A stretch of DNA of 64,000 nucleotides from Flavobacterium sp. (GCF_035456085.1 NZ_DATIDY010000040.1:7609-71608); one strand, 5' to 3'. Shown: positions 39,397 to 49,239, counted from the stretch's first letter. The notes: a model not told the origin generated them from the sequence alone. A program made the numbers and translations.

Positions 39397-41928
39397 TTAA
39401 AATGAAGCTCTAAAACTCACATTTGGAGTTCTTCGGAGTGCGAAAGTTTCGACTTGTTCGATAGAATTTGTTATTGAGCTGATTCTGTAATATTCGCCTA
39501 TTGCATTCTTTCTGTTAAGGATATTTAAGATAGAAACCCCTATTTTGAATTGATTTCCATTTGCCGTTTCCCACTTGTAAGTCGATGAGAAATTAATTTG
39601 AGCAAAAATATTGATATTGGTATTATTGGGTTTATTATAAATCAAAGTAGGATTCGAAAGGTCAATTTGCGAATTATCAGGAGTCGTGGTAGGTTTTCCG
39701 GAGGACCATTTTGCACCCAAAGCAATTTTGAAATTGTTCTTTTCATAAATTCCTGCCCAAGATAAAGTGTGAGTCAACTCAAAGTTGTTTGGAAAAGTCG
39801 GAGGTATATAATTGGAAAAATTATAATTATTGTTATTGTAGGTATAACTAAACCAGGTCAGGAAGGAGTTAATTTTTTTCTGAACAAGCATTTCTGTCCC
39901 AAAAACTTCGTAATCGCCTGCCATTCGGATAAACTCTAATTGGTTTTGAAAACCTTGGCTTGAAGTCGTAATTCCGCTTACTTTTTTATAAAAATTCTCT
40001 ATGTCTAACAACCAATCATTCTTTTGGTAGATTAGATTTAAAGATAGCTGTTTACTTCTTTGAATAGGAATTGTGGAGTCATTTGAGATAATCCAACGCC
40101 TTTTTTCAATGCCAAAATAATCTTTTTGCAAATCAATAATTTGTTGAGAATTTTGGCTTTTTAATTCGCCCAAAAGTTCTAAATTCAAGCTTTTACTAAC
40201 TCCATAAACCAGTTGCACGCGCGGTTCTACAATGTACTTTTTAAATTTTTCGATATAATTAATTCGGGTTCCGACTTTAGCATACATTCTGGATAGTGTG
40301 TCATTGTATTTTCCTTCCAAAATTAATGCATGAGTTCTCAAAACATCTTTGACTTTGCGGTAGAATTGAGGAGTATTTACCTGCTCAAAATTTGTAATCC
40401 CAATTTCGTCAAATTGATATCCATTGTTAAAACTCAATTTAGGGCTCAGAATATGATTGTTTTCTAAATTTACTCCATTATTATTTACTTTATTTTCCTG
40501 AACAGCTACTTGGTCATTGACAGTGCTGTTTTGATTAGCCAGAAGTTCATAGGAAGAATTATAGATATTAATTTTGGTCGAATTGAAGCTGTTCCAGTCT
40601 CTTTTCCAAGACAGATTTCCGCCATAATTTTGTTGTTGCAACGTATTGTTTTCCGTTTTGTATGTGTCGTCTGAAGTGGCGCTTTGAAAAACTTCCAGAT
40701 TGTCTTTTATTGTTATTAAATCTAATACTAGCTGGTCTTTGTTTCCTATTTTTTGCGCAAATTTTAATGTTGCATCATAAAAATCAAATTTTTTATCGCT
40801 TTTATAATCAATATTTTGCGGAAGCGAAAAATCAGTAATGGTAGTGTTTTGAAATACTTTATTAAAATATTCTTTGTATGTAGGAGTTTCTACAAAATCT
40901 GTGATGGATTTACGAGCTGAAATTTCGATATAATTTTTTTTCGAAAGATTGTATTTGCCATAAATATCAGCATTAATCATATTGATTCCTGCACTAAAAG
41001 AGTTCTTTTCCGGTATTTCGGGAGTAGATGAGATAGCAACTACGCTCGAAACACTTTCGCCATAAAAAGCAGAACTTCCGCTTTTATAAATAGAAATCGT
41101 GTGCGCCAAATTGGGATTAAAGACTGATATTAAACCAAAAAAATGTCCCGTTTGGTACATTCGTATTCCATTCCATAAAAACAAATTTTGATCATGTGTA
41201 CCACCACGAACATTAATGCTTGAAACACTTTCGTCAATACTGTTTACACCAGGAATTTGTTGCATGGTTTGTAATGCATCTGGCTCAATAAGTCCAGGCA
41301 AAATACCAAATTTCTTAGGTTTGATTTCAAATGAACCATCTTGTTTTTTTGAAATACCCGAAGCCAAGATTGCATTGGTTTTAATTTCTTCTAGTTCGGT
41401 TATTTCTGGTTCTAAAATTATTTCGAGACAATCGGAGTCTGAATTATCCACTTCAATTCTTTGGGATTTGAATCCTACATGGCTAATCAAAAGTGTATTT
41501 TGATCTTCTTTTTTAAATTCAAAATATCCTTTTGGATCAGTTGTAATTTGTGATTTATCATTCAAATTAATATTTACGTTTTCGATAGGTTTTTTATCAG
41601 AAATGGAAAAAACGTAACCACAAATTGTTTCCGTGTGATTTTCTTTTTTATAAATATTAATGAATTTGTTATCTAGATTTTCAAAAGACAAATTAGTTTT
41701 TCTGGCAAGATATTCGAGTTTTTGCTCTAGAGAAAGTGTTTTTTTGGGTGGAATTAATTGCAGTCCGGCAATTGTATTTTCGGTATAATTGAAAGTAACC
41801 TGATGTTGTTTTTCAATATCGTTTATGATTTTTTTGAAAGGCACAAGTTTCCCCGAGTCCTGGGCAGAAAGATGCAGAACACAGAAAAATATAAAAAGCA
41901 AAAAACGAAATCGTTTGGGGAGCAACAT
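39397..41928 (-). CDS. TonB-dependent receptor with N-terminal signalling-like domain (FecA-type)
   Basis: STN-like N-terminus, CarboxypepD_reg-like domain, plug (LPG..EPD..QTMQQIPGV, NVRGG..DQNL), C-terminal Phe. Confidence 0.9.
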   Translation of the reverse strand: MLLPKRFRFLLFIFFCVLHLSAQDSGKLVPFKKIINDIEKQHQVTFNYTENTIAGLQLIPPKKTLSLEQKLEYLARKTNLSFENLDNKFINIYKKENHTETICGYVFSISDKKPIENVNINLNDKSQITTDPKGYFEFKKEDQNTLLISHVGFKSQRIEVDNSDSDCLEIILEPEITELEEIKTNAILASGISKKQDGSFEIKPKKFGILPGLIEPDALQTMQQIPGVNSIDESVSSINVRGGTHDQNLFLWNGIRMYQTGHFFGLISVFNPNLAHTISIYKSGSSAFYGESVSSVVAISSTPEIPEKNSFSAGINMINADIYGKYNLSKKNYIEISARKSITDFVETPTYKEYFNKVFQNTTITDFSLPQNIDYKSDKKFDFYDATLKFAQKIGNKDQLVLDLITIKDNLEVFQSATSDDTYKTENNTLQQQNYGGNLSWKRDWNSFNSTKINIYNSSYELLANQNSTVNDQVAVQENKVNNNGVNLENNHILSPKLSFNNGYQFDEIGITNFEQVNTPQFYRKVKDVLRTHALILEGKYNDTLSRMYAKVGTRINYIEKFKKYIVEPRVQLVYGVSKSLNLELLGELKSQNSQQIIDLQKDYFGIEKRRWIISNDSTIPIQRSKQLSLNLIYQKNDWLLDIENFYKKVSGITTSSQGFQNQLEFIRMAGDYEVFGTEMLVQKKINSFLTWFSYTYNNNNYNFSNYIPPTFPNNFELTHTLSWAGIYEKNNFKIALGAKWSSGKPTTTPDNSQIDLSNPTLIYNKPNNTNINIFAQINFSSTYKWETANGNQFKIGVSILNILNRKNAIGEYYRISSITNSIEQVETFALRRTPNVSFRASF

Positions 41929-42828
41929 TTATTTTTCTTCAAAAATTATTTTGTCTTTTGAAACTTTTTTTGCTTCTAAATGATAAGTTGTACTGATAAT
42001 TTGCAAAGCCACATCTAGATCTTTACTTGGCAATTTTCCAGTGAATAACGAAACTGTATCTTTTGCTTTCAATTCGACTTCGATATTATATTGTCTTTCA
42101 ACTTCATCTAATAAAGTTCTGATGTTTTCTCTGGAAAAACTGATTTGATTGTCTATCCATTCTGGTCTTGCTGAATTGATAAGCATTTTAACTTGTTTTC
42201 CATTTTCAAAACTAACACCTTGTCCGTGAGTCAATAGAATTTGAAAGTTTGAATAATTCACCTTAACACGACCTTCATAACACACAACATCAAACCTGTT
42301 TTTTCGGGTTTTGACATTAAATTGCGTTCCTAAAACAGAAACTTTTCCAAGGCTGGTTTGTACTTCAAAACGTCTGCCTTTTGCAACTTTGAAATAAGCT
42401 TCTCCTTTAAGTTCTAAACGCCGATTGTTATCCCAATTCCATTTTTTATACTGAATTTCAGAGCCTGAATTTAGCACCACTTCCGAATTATCAGGTAATA
42501 AAAACATTGTTTTTTCTCCAAAGTTTGCTGTTTCTGTTTGTGCCACTAAAACCTTCAAAGCATATGTAATTCCAAGCGCCAGAACCAAAACAGCTACTGC
42601 TTGAAAAATCCATTTTTTGTATAAAGGAACGACTTTGACAGGCTTTTTTTCCTGTTTGAGAATATTAAATAACATGGCATTTTCATCCAAATCATCTACT
42701 TCTAAATGATCTGTATATGCTTTTATTTTTTGGTATTTCTCAAAATCAGGACTTGCTCTAAATTCAACTAATTCAGCCTCCGATAAATCGTTGTCGAGCC
42801 ATTTTGCTAATAAGCGATTCTTTTTCAT
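41929..42828 (-). CDS. FecR family anti-sigma factor
   Basis: TM helix, LPDNSEVVLNSGS, LKGEAYFKV, VLGTQFNV, VCYEGRV, VERQYNI. Confidence 0.93.
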   Translation of the reverse strand: MKKNRLLAKWLDNDLSEAELVEFRASPDFEKYQKIKAYTDHLEVDDLDENAMLFNILKQEKKPVKVVPLYKKWIFQAVAVLVLALGITYALKVLVAQTETANFGEKTMFLLPDNSEVVLNSGSEIQYKKWNWDNNRRLELKGEAYFKVAKGRRFEVQTSLGKVSVLGTQFNVKTRKNRFDVVCYEGRVKVNYSNFQILLTHGQGVSFENGKQVKMLINSARPEWIDNQISFSRENIRTLLDEVERQYNIEVELKAKDTVSLFTGKLPSKDLDVALQIISTTYHLEAKKVSKDKIIFEEK

Positions 42829-42847
42829 TGTATTCGTATTACATCAT

Positions 42848-42876
42848 TAAAACAATTGAAACTCCTTGTACCCTAC
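42848..42876 (-). promoter_or_regulatory. Putative ECF sigma promoter, copy B
   Basis: Minus strand GTAGGGTA-caaggagtttcaat-TGTTTTA, between the sigma stop and the fecR start. Confidence 0.75.
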
Positions 42877-42878
42877 TT

Positions 42879-43394
42879 TTATAACTCTACCTCTTTGCGC
42901 AAACTCAGCAAAGCCAAATGAATTCGTTTTTCTACTGCCTTTACGCTAATATTAAGCTCTGAGGCAATTTCGCTGTATTTTTTTCCATCAATTCGATGCA
43001 TCAAAAAGGCAACTCGCTGTTTTTCGTTTAAATTTTCAATAGCTTTCAAAAGCTTTGCTTGATACTGTTTCTCTTCCAAAATATATTCGGGGCTTTCATT
43101 GGTTTTATCCAAACCTGTGAAGTTTTTTTCATACCTCAAAACAACTTTTTGATGTGCAATTTCATTAAGACTGCTATTGTTTGCAATCGTATAAATATAT
43201 GATTTCGCCTTATCTAATGGCACCGAAGCACAGTTTTGCCAAAGTTTTATAAATGCTTCTTGTGCCAAATCCTCGGCTCGACCAATATTGCCGTATTTGT
43301 AAAAAAGAAAATTCCGAAGTGATTTTACATGACTTTTAAAAAAAGACGAGAAAATAACTTCGTCACAAGTATTTGATTGGTTTTTATCTGGCAT
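42879..43394 (-). CDS. ECF-subfamily RNA polymerase sigma factor
   Basis: Region 2 (AEDLAQEAFIKLW, YIYTIANN) and region 4 (RVAFLMHRIDGKKYSEIA..LNISVKAVEKRI). Confidence 0.94.
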   Translation of the reverse strand: MPDKNQSNTCDEVIFSSFFKSHVKSLRNFLFYKYGNIGRAEDLAQEAFIKLWQNCASVPLDKAKSYIYTIANNSSLNEIAHQKVVLRYEKNFTGLDKTNESPEYILEEKQYQAKLLKAIENLNEKQRVAFLMHRIDGKKYSEIASELNISVKAVEKRIHLALLSLRKEVEL

Positions 43395-43433
43395 GTAGGT
43401 TTTTCTATTGGTATAAAAAATATTTTAATTAAA

Positions 43434-43462
43434 GTAGGGTAAAAATCAAGCTGAATGTTTTA
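43434..43462 (+). promoter_or_regulatory. Putative ECF sigma promoter, copy C
   Basis: GTAGGGTA-aaaatcaagctgaa-TGTTTTA, pointing towards the 43652 gene. Confidence 0.7.
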
Positions 43463-43651
43463 TTAGAGTGTCTGGACATTGGTTTATTTCAAACAAACAA
43501 GAACAGATAATTGGTTTAAATTTATTTTGCAATTATAGCAATAGCGTAAATTCTTGTAATTCGTGGCAACAAAACAACTTAAACCCTTGATGTCAAATTT
43601 ATTAAAAAAAACAATTTCTTTTAATTTTATTACATTTGTAAAAATATAAAT

Positions 43652-44671
43652 ATGTCCCCTTTAACAAAATATTTATCAATAGTCATGATTTTGTTCTTAT
43701 TCTCCTGCCAAAACGAGATGGAAGAACAGAGTTATAATGCACCGGAAACCGTTACAAATACTTCTCCGCTGACTTCGTATTTGCAAAGAGTTTCAATGGT
43801 AAAAACGGTTCAGGATAATGTGATTGACGGATCTACTTATTGTACCATTAAACTCCCTTATACAGTTACTGTCAATAATGCTAAAATTGCCGTAAACACT
43901 ACCGCCGATTACCAGAAAGTACAAGACAATATCAATGCAAATAGCTATGACGATGATATTGTAAAAATAGATTTTCCTGTAACTATGGTCTACTACAATT
44001 ACATCGAAAAACCAATTCCAAATCAAGCTGATTTTGATGCTTTAATTGATTATTGGAATCTTTACCCTGATCTTTTATACAAAATCAATGGGTTGAACAT
44101 CAATTATCCAATAACAATTGATACTTACAATAGTGCCAATCAATTCGCAAGTTCAACATCCATTGTGAGTGATCAGGCTTTTTTTAATTTTATAAAAAAC
44201 CTGAACAGTAGTCAGTACATTTCGTTAAAATATCCAATCACCGTTGTTGACTACAATAATCAAACAAAAATAATTGCAAACAATTCCGATTTCGAAGATG
44301 CTATCGAATATGCAATTAAATACTGTCCAGAAAACAACATTGTCACACTTGATTTTGTAAGTGCAATAACAAATGGCACATGGAAAATCCCTTATTTTTT
44401 CTTTGATACAGACCAAACTTCTTCCTATAGTGGCTATTCATTTGTTTTTAAAAATGACTATTCTGTTGTTGCTACCAAAGGAACGATTTCGGAAACTGGT
44501 CAATGGGAAACTAAAGTAAACAATGGTGTTAGGGAAGTAAAATTAAGTTTCAATTCAGACGTACTCAAAAAGTTGAATAATAACTGGGATGTCTACGAAT
44601 TTAATAATTCGCATATACGATTGCGAAATGAAGGCGGTAGTACTGCTAGTTATCTTTATTTTGAGAAATGA
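43652..44671 (+). CDS. Lipoprotein with internal [FY]P[IVY]T repeats and a C-terminal lipocalin-like beta domain
   Basis: Lipobox LFSC; four repeats (LPYTV, FPVTM, YPITI, YPITV); GTWKI..F, GQW, WDV. Confidence 0.75.
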   Translation: MSPLTKYLSIVMILFLFSCQNEMEEQSYNAPETVTNTSPLTSYLQRVSMVKTVQDNVIDGSTYCTIKLPYTVTVNNAKIAVNTTADYQKVQDNINANSYDDDIVKIDFPVTMVYYNYIEKPIPNQADFDALIDYWNLYPDLLYKINGLNINYPITIDTYNSANQFASSTSIVSDQAFFNFIKNLNSSQYISLKYPITVVDYNNQTKIIANNSDFEDAIEYAIKYCPENNIVTLDFVSAITNGTWKIPYFFFDTDQTSSYSGYSFVFKNDYSVVATKGTISETGQWETKVNNGVREVKLSFNSDVLKKLNNNWDVYEFNNSHIRLRNEGGSTASYLYFEK

Positions 44672-44844
44672 CAGACTGTTTGAGTTCTATTTAATAGCAT
44701 AAACTACAAACTATTATATTTCAATAAATTTATTTTTCATTGATAATTTTTTAATACCTCCTAGATTTTTTCTTACCAAAATCTAAATTTTTCATCATCC
44801 AATAATAATTTGTAAATTAGAAATTACAAAAACCAATTATTGTA

Positions 44845-45630
44845 ATGATCATGAAAATAGCCACTTATAATGTAAATGGAATTAACGGACGCTTAAATGT
44901 TTTGCTGCGGTGGCTTGAAGAAAGCGCCCCAGATATTGTGTGTCTACAGGAATTGAAAGCACCTCAGGATAAATTTCCTGAAAAAGCCATAGCTGATGCC
45001 GGATATAACGCCATCTGGCATGGACAAAAACAATGGAACGGCGTCGCGATACTTGCCCGTAATATGGAAATTGAAGAAGTGACCCGTACACTTCCAGGAA
45101 ATGACGAAGATGTTCAAAGCCGATATATTGAAGCGCTTATAAACGGCATTGTCATTGCGTGTTTATATCTGCCCAACGGCAATCCCGCACCAGGTCCGAA
45201 ATTTGAATATAAATTAAAATGGTTCGAAAGACTTTCAGAAAGAGCCGAAGTGCTTTTGAGCTTGAAAACTCCGGTAATTCTCATCGGCGATTTCAATGTT
45301 ATGCCAACAGAACTTGATGTTTATAAACCTGAAAAATGGGTCAAAGATGCCCTTTTCAGACCTGAAGTCCGCAAAGCTTTTAGCGATATTACCGCACAAG
45401 GATGGACAGATGCAATTCGTACTCTATATCCAAACGAAAAGATTTATACTTTCTGGGACTACTTTAGAAATGCCTATCAAAGAGACGCTGGTCTTCGCAT
45501 CGATCATTTTTTGTTAAGTTCGGAGCTAGCACCAAAGCTTCTTTCCGGCCAAGTGGATCGTCATGTACGCGGTTGGGAAAAAACCAGTGATCATGCTCCT
45601 GTGTGGATTGAAATTGATCACAAAATTTAG
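44845..45630 (+). CDS. xth: Exodeoxyribonuclease III / AP endonuclease
   Basis: ATYNVNG, LQELK, YLPNG, GDFNV, YTFWDY, GLRIDHFL, SDHAPV. Confidence 0.94.
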   Translation: MIMKIATYNVNGINGRLNVLLRWLEESAPDIVCLQELKAPQDKFPEKAIADAGYNAIWHGQKQWNGVAILARNMEIEEVTRTLPGNDEDVQSRYIEALINGIVIACLYLPNGNPAPGPKFEYKLKWFERLSERAEVLLSLKTPVILIGDFNVMPTELDVYKPEKWVKDALFRPEVRKAFSDITAQGWTDAIRTLYPNEKIYTFWDYFRNAYQRDAGLRIDHFLLSSELAPKLLSGQVDRHVRGWEKTSDHAPVWIEIDHKI

Positions 45631-45749
45631 CAACGAAGTTTGTTCTTATTATTTGCAAAAATTCAAATCCTGTAACATATCGTATTGATTTTGTAATTAT
45701 TACCCCGATTAGTATTTTAATTTTATCATTCATTTTAAAATAATATATC

Positions 45750-45929
45750 ATGGATAATAAATCAAAAACAGGAAAAAGTGATGATTCACGTATTAATGTA
45801 AATGAATCGTATGAATTGCAATACTGGTCTGAAAAGCTCAATGTGAGCAGAGATCAGTTGAGAAATGCTGTCCAGGCAGTTGGTCCAGATGTGAATGAAG
45901 TTACTCAATATCTTAAACAAAAATCATAG
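45750..45929 (+). CDS. DUF3606 domain small protein (not in the ORF track)
   Basis: MDNKSKTGKSDDSRINVNESYELQYWSEKLNVSRDQLRNAVQAVGPDVNEVTQYLKQKS*. Confidence 0.85.
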   Translation: MDNKSKTGKSDDSRINVNESYELQYWSEKLNVSRDQLRNAVQAVGPDVNEVTQYLKQKS

Positions 45930-45933
45930 CATC

Positions 45934-46146
45934 ATGCCTTGGTATAACGGGGATTATCCTCCATCATATAAGAATCAGCCCATAGCACTGAGGGAAAAAG
46001 CCGTCGAAATAGCCAATGGACTCCTTGGTGATGGAGTTCCTGAAGGCATTGCAATTGCCACTGGACTAAAGCAGGCACGTGAATTATTAAAGAATCATAA
46101 AGAGAAAAATTCAACAACAGAAACCAATGGAAAAAGATCTAAATAA
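45934..46146 (+). CDS. Small protein, MPW..DYP family (DUF2188-associated type)
   Basis: MPWYNGDYPPSYKNQ...KAVEIANGLL..G..EG.AIATGLKQA; start set at the ATG at 45934. Confidence 0.7.
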   Translation: MPWYNGDYPPSYKNQPIALREKAVEIANGLLGDGVPEGIAIATGLKQARELLKNHKEKNSTTETNGKRSK

Positions 46147-46366
46147 AACGGAAAATAATGCCGATGAAAATACCGATCTAAATGCCAATAGCGCCTACAG
46201 TGGTTCTGGAAACTGGCAACCAGGTGGTAATAACGGAGAACCAGACAAATTGGAAAATTACACAGAAAGTGCCTTAAATGATGATAATGATACAACTGAT
46301 ACAGTAAACGAAAACATCAACAAGGCTTCTAATACTTCAAAGCTTTCAGACCTTAAAGGCTTTTAA
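46127..46366 (+). CDS. Small hydrophilic, low-complexity protein
   Basis: N/D/E/T-rich 79-aa ORF. Confidence 0.6.
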   Translation: MEKDLNKTENNADENTDLNANSAYSGSGNWQPGGNNGEPDKLENYTESALNDDNDTTDTVNENINKASNTSKLSDLKGF

Positions 46367-46383
46367 TTTTAAATCGAAACACA

Positions 46384-46611
46384 ATGGAAAATACAAATAA
46401 TAAATTCAGCGAGGATATTTCAAATTGTCCGTATCATAACCAGCAAAATACAGGAGACAAAAACAACAGTAATTCAGCTGACAAAGATGCTAGTAATGGC
46501 GACTGGGACAATGAGCGTGATACGGAGCAAATTGACGAAGGTTATAATACCGACCGAAATGACAATAGCGGCGGATCCGGAAGTTCTGGAAGTGCTAGTA
46601 CAAATAGTTAA
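46384..46611 (+). CDS. Small hydrophilic, low-complexity protein
   Basis: N/D/S/G-rich 75-aa ORF followed by a terminator. Confidence 0.6.
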   Translation: MENTNNKFSEDISNCPYHNQQNTGDKNNSNSADKDASNGDWDNERDTEQIDEGYNTDRNDNSGGSGSSGSASTNS

Positions 46612-46653
46612 AATGATTAATATTCTCATTATAAAAAGAGTAATTATAAATTT

Positions 46654-46680
46654 AAAAGAGCTGTAAAAGGCTCTTTTTTT
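46654..46680 (+). terminator. Intrinsic terminator
   Basis: AAAAGAGC-tgtaaaag-GCTCTTTTTTT. Confidence 0.7.
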
Positions 46681-47059
46681 GTTTTTTATATTACTTAAAA
46701 TTAGATACATAAGTTCAAGCGCAGTCGATAACATAATACTATCTCCACTGCGCTCTATTTTTTAATAAACCAGTTACCAATTCTGATTCATTCATTTTTT
46801 CTTCTCTTAAACTTCATTTTTTTTATAAATAATTGAAAATGAGATTAATTACCTCCTTATTTAAATGCGAAATGTATAACATCAGCTTGTAATGTTATAA
46901 AAAAATGTCCTCTCCTTACATGAAATTTGTTTCTATACGATCAACATCTGTGCTTTAATCTTTTATATAAACTAATTACTAGCAGTTATTAGCACACGAA
47001 CAACATCAAATAGAACAACATTTATATAATCACTGAAGTTTAATTAAATATTAAAAAAT

Positions 47060-48214
47060 ATGCTAGCAATGAATTACCGCGGACCACATAGAGTCCGACT
47101 GGATCGGGACAAACCGATTCCCGAAATCCTTCATCCCGAAGACGCCATCGTGAGAGTGTTACGTTCCTGCATTTGTGGTTCGGATTTGCATTTGTATCAT
47201 GGACTTGTGCCTGATACGAGAGTGGGTTCTACCTTTGGTCATGAATTTATAGGCGAAATTGTAGAAACTGGTTCTGCAGTTGATAAAGTAAAAATTGGTG
47301 ACCGTGTTATGGTACCATTTAATATTGCTTGTGGTAAATGTGCTTTCTGCCGTCAGGAATTATATGGCAATTGTCATGAATCCAACCCCGAAGCTACTGC
47401 TGTTGGCGGAATCTTTGGTTATTCCCACACTGCAGGAGGTTACGATGGCGGTCAAGCCGAGTTTGTACGCGTTCCTTATGCTAATGTTGGTCCGGTTGTA
47501 ATACCTGAATGGATGGATCCTGATGATGCAGTATTATTGACCGATGTTGTTCCGACAGGATATCAGGCTGCAGAAATGGGCGGCATCCAGCCTGGGGACA
47601 CAGTTGTAGTTTTTGGTGCTGGACCAATCGGAATTATGGCGGCAAAATGTTCTTGGCTTTTTGGCGCAGGCCGAGTAATCATAATTGACCATATTGATTA
47701 TCGTTTGGAATTTGCCGAAAAATATGCCCAATGTGAAGCCTATAACTTTAATTCAATTGGAGATCCGGTTGTATTTCTTAAAACCATTACCGATTCTCTC
47801 GGCGCAGATGTCTGTATTGATGCCGTTGGTTGCGAAGCATCAGGAAATACTATTAACACAATAACGGGACGAAGATTACTGCTACAAGGCGGTGCAACGA
47901 CTGCACTTCACTGGGCTATCAATGGAGTGAAAAAAGGCGGAATTGTTTCTATAGTTGGTGTTTACGGACCAATCGACAGCCTAGTTCCTATTGGAAATGT
48001 GGTTAATAAAGGAATTACAATCCGTGCCAATCAAGCTTCTGTTAAAAGACTTTTGCCAAGACTTATTGACCATGTTCAATCGGGAGTGCTTAATCCTAAA
48101 GGACTAATAACACATAGGATTCCGCTTGAAGAAGTTTCTGAAGCATACCACATATTTTCCTCAAAACTAGATAATTGTATAAAAACTGTTTTGATTCCGC
48201 CATCTGCAGACTAA
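47060..48214 (+). CDS. Zinc-dependent alcohol/formaldehyde dehydrogenase (glutathione-independent FDH-like)
   Basis: ICGSDLH, GHEFIG, CGKCAFC..C Zn site, GGQAEFVRVP, GAGPIG. Confidence 0.92.
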   Translation: MLAMNYRGPHRVRLDRDKPIPEILHPEDAIVRVLRSCICGSDLHLYHGLVPDTRVGSTFGHEFIGEIVETGSAVDKVKIGDRVMVPFNIACGKCAFCRQELYGNCHESNPEATAVGGIFGYSHTAGGYDGGQAEFVRVPYANVGPVVIPEWMDPDDAVLLTDVVPTGYQAAEMGGIQPGDTVVVFGAGPIGIMAAKCSWLFGAGRVIIIDHIDYRLEFAEKYAQCEAYNFNSIGDPVVFLKTITDSLGADVCIDAVGCEASGNTINTITGRRLLLQGGATTALHWAINGVKKGGIVSIVGVYGPIDSLVPIGNVVNKGITIRANQASVKRLLPRLIDHVQSGVLNPKGLITHRIPLEEVSEAYHIFSSKLDNCIKTVLIPPSAD

Positions 48215-48234
48215 TTAACTTTAAATTTTATATT

Positions 48235-48774
48235 ATGATAACAGATCAAACAAGTCCCGAAGATTTTTCAAATAAAAGACGGGGCAATCACAACCATATT
48301 AAAGGATGGGGAGTCGATATGAACTTAGAAAACGATCCCACCTACCCTATTAAAAAAAGAAACAATGACGAACATAAAGGATATTCCTGGGAACGTCCTG
48401 ATCAACAAGATGAAACTGTAGAAATACTCCATTCAGTTGAACGACCAAATCTTCCGGCGGTTTATGGCACTTCAAGACCTCCAAGTGGTTTAAGCGGATT
48501 CATTCGAAGAATTGCGTATAAATTTAGTGAATCAACTTATATGAGATGGCTTCCGTTGATGATTGCTGACCGAATTGACATGATCGAAGGTTTCGTTGAT
48601 GATTTGTCAAGAGGACATATTCCGAATGTTCCAAAAGAAATAGGATTAAAATCAGAATGGAAATACAATAAAGAAAAACTTTTAATCAGGACTGCCGTAG
48701 GTATTCTTATTACTGGCGCTGTCTTATTGTTGCTGTTTTCATCTGACAAGAAAACCAGACGAATTAGAACTTAA
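48235..48774 (+). CDS. Hypothetical membrane-anchored protein co-transcribed with the dehydrogenase
   Basis: IKGWGVD..PTYP, S.ERP, PPSGLSG.IRR.AY..SE, C-terminal TM; start set at ATG 48235. Confidence 0.7.
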   Translation: MITDQTSPEDFSNKRRGNHNHIKGWGVDMNLENDPTYPIKKRNNDEHKGYSWERPDQQDETVEILHSVERPNLPAVYGTSRPPSGLSGFIRRIAYKFSESTYMRWLPLMIADRIDMIEGFVDDLSRGHIPNVPKEIGLKSEWKYNKEKLLIRTAVGILITGAVLLLLFSSDKKTRRIRT

Positions 48775-48809
48775 CCACACACTATTTTTAATCATTTAAA
48801 ACTAAAGTC

Positions 48810-49181
48810 ATGAAAATTATTGATACCAAAACCCACGGATATATCGATTATATAATGGGAATATTTTTGTTAGCAGCGCCTTCATTGTTCGGTTTTAACA
48901 TGAATGGGAAGGAGAGTATTGTACTTTATGTAGCGGGTATTGCAGTAATTATTTATAGTCTGCTCACTGATTATGAAGTAAGTTTTTTTAAACTCATTCC
49001 GATGCAATTTCACCTAATACTTGATATCCTTTCAGGAATTTTACTGGCGGCATCACCATGGATTTTGGGTTTTTCAGAAATTGTTTATGGACACCATGTC
49101 ACTTTAGGTGTGATTGAAATTGCTGCTGCACTAATGACCAGAACTGTGCCTGAGCGCACAAGAATTGAAATCAGAGATTAA
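48810..49181 (+). CDS. SPW-repeat membrane protein
   Basis: HGYIDY, TDYE, HLILD, ASPWILGF. Confidence 0.82.
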   Translation: MKIIDTKTHGYIDYIMGIFLLAAPSLFGFNMNGKESIVLYVAGIAVIIYSLLTDYEVSFFKLIPMQFHLILDILSGILLAASPWILGFSEIVYGHHVTLGVIEIAAALMTRTVPERTRIEIRD

Positions 49182-49206
49182 TTTTTCATAAAATCTATTT
49201 ATAAAA

Positions 49207-49233
49207 TAAAGCTGCCTATTGGTGGCTTTATTT
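49207..49233 (+). terminator. Intrinsic terminator
   Basis: AATAAAGC-TGCC-tatt-GGTG-GCTTTATT. Confidence 0.55.
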
Positions 49234-49239
49234 TAATCT

